Positions 61,161-64,000 of a DNA stretch of 64,000 nt are shown here, piece by piece. The DNA lies in the IMG/VR virus record IMGVR_UViG_3300035208_003581, positions 59,128 through 123,127 of that record, one strand, 5' to 3'. Position 1 is the stretch's first letter; each line of letters begins with the position of its first letter. The notes beneath the pieces were generated by a model. It was given only the letters and a program-made list of their open reading frames with translations, searched no databases and was not told where the DNA came from. A program made the position numbers and the translations under genes. The stretch comes from a virus (lineage: Duplodnaviria; Caudoviricetes).

Positions 61161-61484
61161 ATGTCTATGAATATTCTACAAGAATTGGATAACGCTCGTA
61201 TTGATTTGACTACATTATCAATACGTGATAAATCAGATCGTATTTATAATGTAGCAAAAGATATTGAAAAAGCGATGCAACTTATCCAAGACGAAGAGAT
61301 GGAAAAAGCACATGATTTACTTGTTGATGCTATGCGTTTTACAAGTGCATATGCTCTTAAAAATGACAACAAGAGAATTAAATCTATCAGTGATCAATTA
61401 GATAGAGTTATTAAAGAAATGAAAAAACAAAATAATACAGTATCATCTTCATTGCGTACTCTTTCAAGAAAAATAGCAAAATAG
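61161..61484 (+). CDS. Helical hypothetical protein
   Basis: 107 aa ending SSLRTLSRKIAK. Confidence 0.55.
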   Translation: MSMNILQELDNARIDLTTLSIRDKSDRIYNVAKDIEKAMQLIQDEEMEKAHDLLVDAMRFTSAYALKNDNKRIKSISDQLDRVIKEMKKQNNTVSSSLRTLSRKIAK

Positions 61485-61560
61485 ATAGATGATACAGATA
61501 TTCTCTTTGCTGAGAAGGTTGGAAACTGCTTTTAGTTTTCTATATTTTTTCTTTCTTGTG

Positions 61561-61588
61561 TTGACATAAAGTTAAAATGTGACATAAT
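61561..61588 (+). promoter_or_regulatory. Sigma70-like promoter with extended -10
   Basis: TTGACA-N16-CATAAT, with TGn before the -10. Confidence 0.5.
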
Positions 61589-61615
61589 TGAGACATAAAG
61601 TGGAGAGAAAGATCA

Positions 61616-62222
61616 ATGAAGTATTTAACCTACATCAAGAAAAAGGAGGTGTGTTGTGCACGAACATTATTGGCCGTAGCTACGCTACGGAACCGTAAAT
61701 GCAACACCAAGCTAATCCCCACCCTAAGATGCTGCGTTAATGGTTTTGACAGAATTATAGACACAAAAAGTCCATTGATCCGAGAACCAAGGAGTGGACT
61801 ATACAAAATGTCTAGCGCAAAACATAAATGTTTTGCTTTGGGAGATACCCCCTGTGTTAGAAATAGCACAGCTAAAGTTAACTAATGTTAGCTGAAACGT
61901 ATCGGCTCATGTATCACTGGAAGATCAAGTTGATATGCTTGAATACCCTATTGATAATTTTGATTTGATTGACATTACTCCTTATAATGCCCAAGAAATA
62001 TTAGATGATTTAGAGAGATTCTACAGGCATCTTGATAAAGTCATAGATTACGATAAAGATGGTGATGTTATTGACGAATTTATAGGAATACAAAACAGTC
62101 TTAGTGATGCTTTATCAAAAGATAAAGATGCTATTTTAAAAGAAATCCTTTCTTTTAAAGAAAAATTTAATCTCAAGCAAATCAAAGAAGATATCAAAGA
62201 ATTGAAATCTATTCTCAAATAA
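61616..62222 (+). pseudogene. Gene interrupted by the 259-bp insert
   Basis: Reconstructed MKYLTYIKKKAHVSLEDQVDMLEYP...; GGAGA RBS before 61616. Confidence 0.6.
61647..61905 (+). mobile_element. Non-autonomous IS607-like structured insert
   Basis: GG at 61645-46 and 61904-05. The 3' ~90 nt are homologous to 22217-22309. Precise removal fuses 61616-61646 in frame with the ORF ending at 62222. Confidence 0.7.
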
Positions 62223-62228
62223 TGCATT

Positions 62229-62260
62229 TACCCATGTAAGGGGGCTTACATGGGTATTTA
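62229..62260. terminator. Strong hairpin, probable terminator
   Basis: TACCCATGTAAG-GGGG-CTTACATGGGTA, perfect 12-bp stem. Confidence 0.65.
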
Positions 62261-62355
62261 TCTCTTCAATTAACAAACATTTCAAAAATAAAATATATTT
62301 TTGTATACTCACTAGGATAATACTTTTGAAGAGTATATACATGGAGATTTTTATT

Positions 62356-62907
62356 ATGAGAATCCAAAATATCAATGGTGTTTGGGTTGATTCTAAAAAT
62401 AATAAATGGAATTTAAATTACTCAGAAGCATGTGCAGATGCTTATTCAAAATCATTGATAGATTGTTTTAATTGTACGGATTGTGTAGATTGTATAGCAT
62501 GCAAAGACTGTATAGATTGCACAGATTGTGTTCAATGCATAGCTTGTATAGATTGTGTAAGGTGTTCAGATTGTGAACTTTGTACAAAATGTATATCTTG
62601 TACAAGTTGTAATGTATGCATAGATTCAAAAATATTATCTGATGCATTTAATTATATAAATAACAAAAAAAATGACTCTGGTAATTTACTTAAAATAAAT
62701 AGTATAGAAAATAAATGTTTAGAAATAAATTTTACTGAAAATTCATATATATCTATAAATGAATCTATAAAATTCATTGTGAAAGGATTTGAGCATATAT
62801 GTTTAAATGCTGATGGTACGATTATTATTCGAGGTGAAAAAGTAGAAGAAAATAATCAAGAAATATATACACATTTAAAAGAATTTATTCTCAATAGTCT
62901 AAAATAA
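62356..62907 (+). CDS. CxxC-repeat protein, paralog 3 (repeat + domain X)
   Basis: WVDSKNNKW...SKSLIDC plus (Cxx)n, then EHICLNADG. Confidence 0.7.
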   Translation: MRIQNINGVWVDSKNNKWNLNYSEACADAYSKSLIDCFNCTDCVDCIACKDCIDCTDCVQCIACIDCVRCSDCELCTKCISCTSCNVCIDSKILSDAFNYINNKKNDSGNLLKINSIENKCLEINFTENSYISINESIKFIVKGFEHICLNADGTIIIRGEKVEENNQEIYTHLKEFILNSLK

Positions 62908-62918
62908 AGGAAAAACAT

Positions 62919-63560
62919 ATGTCAAATGAAAAGGCTATAACTATTGAAACTTTTAACTTAGAACCAGGGTGTATTTCATTATGTTGTGGGAATCATGAGC
63001 ATATACAATTGAATCAAGATGGTAAGGTATTGATTCATGGTAAAGAGGTTAAATGTTCTGAAGAATTTGTGCAGAAATTAAATATCTTCTTTCACAAAGT
63101 TTTACAGAAGCCATTACCAGAAACCACTCATAGTAAATCACCAAAATTGTCCATACATATTTATGATGATGATAAATGTATAGTACAAGAACATATGCCA
63201 AATAATGAACCAGATATTATTTGGGAACCATTAATGCTTGATATATCTTTGAGAAATAATGATCACGAATTTAAAACTTATCATATTGAAACTACAATGG
63301 TTGAGATTGATGATTATTGGGTAGATCAAAACGGAAATAAATGGAGTGTAGACATTTACTCTCGTGAAGATGCTATTAAATCATCAGATTCTTTATCATG
63401 TTGTACAGATTGTATAAATTGTAGACATTGTTCCTTTTGTACAGGATGTGAGAATTGTGTAAATTGTTTTCAATGTATTGATTGCAAAAAATGTGAATCC
63501 TGCACTCGTTGTGACTCTTGTTATAATTGTTTTAATGTAGATAATAATTCAAACCGTTAG
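62919..63560 (+). CDS. CxxC-repeat protein, paralog 4 (domain X + repeat)
   Basis: EHIQLNQDG near the N-terminus; WVDQNGNKW...SDSLSCC plus (Cxx)n at the C-terminus. Confidence 0.7.
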   Translation: MSNEKAITIETFNLEPGCISLCCGNHEHIQLNQDGKVLIHGKEVKCSEEFVQKLNIFFHKVLQKPLPETTHSKSPKLSIHIYDDDKCIVQEHMPNNEPDIIWEPLMLDISLRNNDHEFKTYHIETTMVEIDDYWVDQNGNKWSVDIYSREDAIKSSDSLSCCTDCINCRHCSFCTGCENCVNCFQCIDCKKCESCTRCDSCYNCFNVDNNSNR

Positions 63561-63581
63561 ATTTTGTGAGAGGTAGGAAAT

Positions 63582-63770
63582 ATGAAATATATACAAAATA
63601 TGTTACGTGTATCAGAGATATTTTTTACAGTGTTTTTAGTAAATAAACTAACTCATGCTGGTTCTATAGCAAATTGGAGTTGGTGGTGGGTATGTAGTCC
63701 TGTGATAATTGGAATTACTTTCAATGTAATTTATGAATTATTAATTAAATCAAAAAATAAACCAAAATGA
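63582..63770 (+). CDS. Small membrane protein
   Basis: KLT..GSIANWSWWWVCSP motif, common in phage small membrane proteins. Confidence 0.65.
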   Translation: MKYIQNMLRVSEIFFTVFLVNKLTHAGSIANWSWWWVCSPVIIGITFNVIYELLIKSKNKPK

Positions 63771-63820
63771 TTCACAATAGATTTAAATTATTATACCAGA
63801 CTAAATAAAAGTGAGGTTTC

Positions 63821-64000
63821 ATGAATGAGTTGGCACTTTTTGCCGGAGCTGGTGGAGGCCTTCTTGGAGGAATCCTCTGTGGATTCAGAACTGTGTGTGC
63901 AGTCGAAATCAATTCCTACTGTAGAGAAATCCTACTCCGAAGGCAAATGGATAATATCTTACATAAATTCCCTATCTGGGATGATGTCCGAACCTTTGAA
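63821..64000 (+). CDS. C5-cytosine DNA methyltransferase (3'-partial)
   Basis: MNELALFAGAGGGLLG...RTVCAVE...PIWDDVRTF (motif I FxGxG); GAGGT RBS. Confidence 0.9.
   Translation, partial: MNELALFAGAGGGLLGGILCGFRTVCAVEINSYCREILLRRQMDNILHKFPIWDDVRTFE

Noticed and set aside
61616-61885. 89-aa ORF as a real protein
   Set aside because: It is read-through from a real start into the insert; ALGDTP is a tnpB-end remnant.
61649-61910. Group II intron (GTGTG...AT boundaries would also restore the frame)
   Set aside because: Too short and no domain V near the 3' end; the GG/GG IS607-type junction with omegaRNA homology fits better.
58388-63560. Diversity-generating retroelement targets
   Set aside because: No reverse transcriptase and no near-identical template/variable repeat pair with adenine-specific mismatches seen in the window.
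1-64000. Alternative genetic code (stop-codon recoding)
   Set aside because: Long conserved genes are intact under the standard code and end in TAA, TAG and TGA.

Overview
AT-rich segment of a large tailed phage genome (standard code, almost all genes on +). 1-13.2 kb is a virion module: two paralogous fibre/appendage proteins, a 1343-aa structural protein and small membrane proteins. 13.3-20.7 kb is the replication core: SNF2 helicase, degenerate DnaC-like protein, DnaB helicase, stand-alone CHC2 primase zinc finger and family A DNA polymerase. 21-64 kb is a long accessory region with NAD-dependent ligase, thymidine kinase, ATP-grasp, J-domain, AAA, ferritin-like, NADAR and two KdsC-like HAD proteins, four CxxC-repeat paralogs, a collagen-like lipoprotein, a tRNA(CAT) and a partial C5 methyltransferase. 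Mobile DNA: one IS607 with a Fanzor-like rearranged TnpB, one TnpB-only IS200/IS605 element, and four short coding-less cassettes resembling IS607 omegaRNA/right ends. The most striking unexplained structure is a ~350-nt structured non-coding region (41115-41468) directly after a 251-aa unknown gene. It contains a circularly permuted tRNA-Gly-like domain (YrlA-like topology, no Ro gene in the window) and a repeat-rich hairpin, suggesting an undescribed protein-RNA system. All assignments come from reading motifs by eye; no database searches were run.
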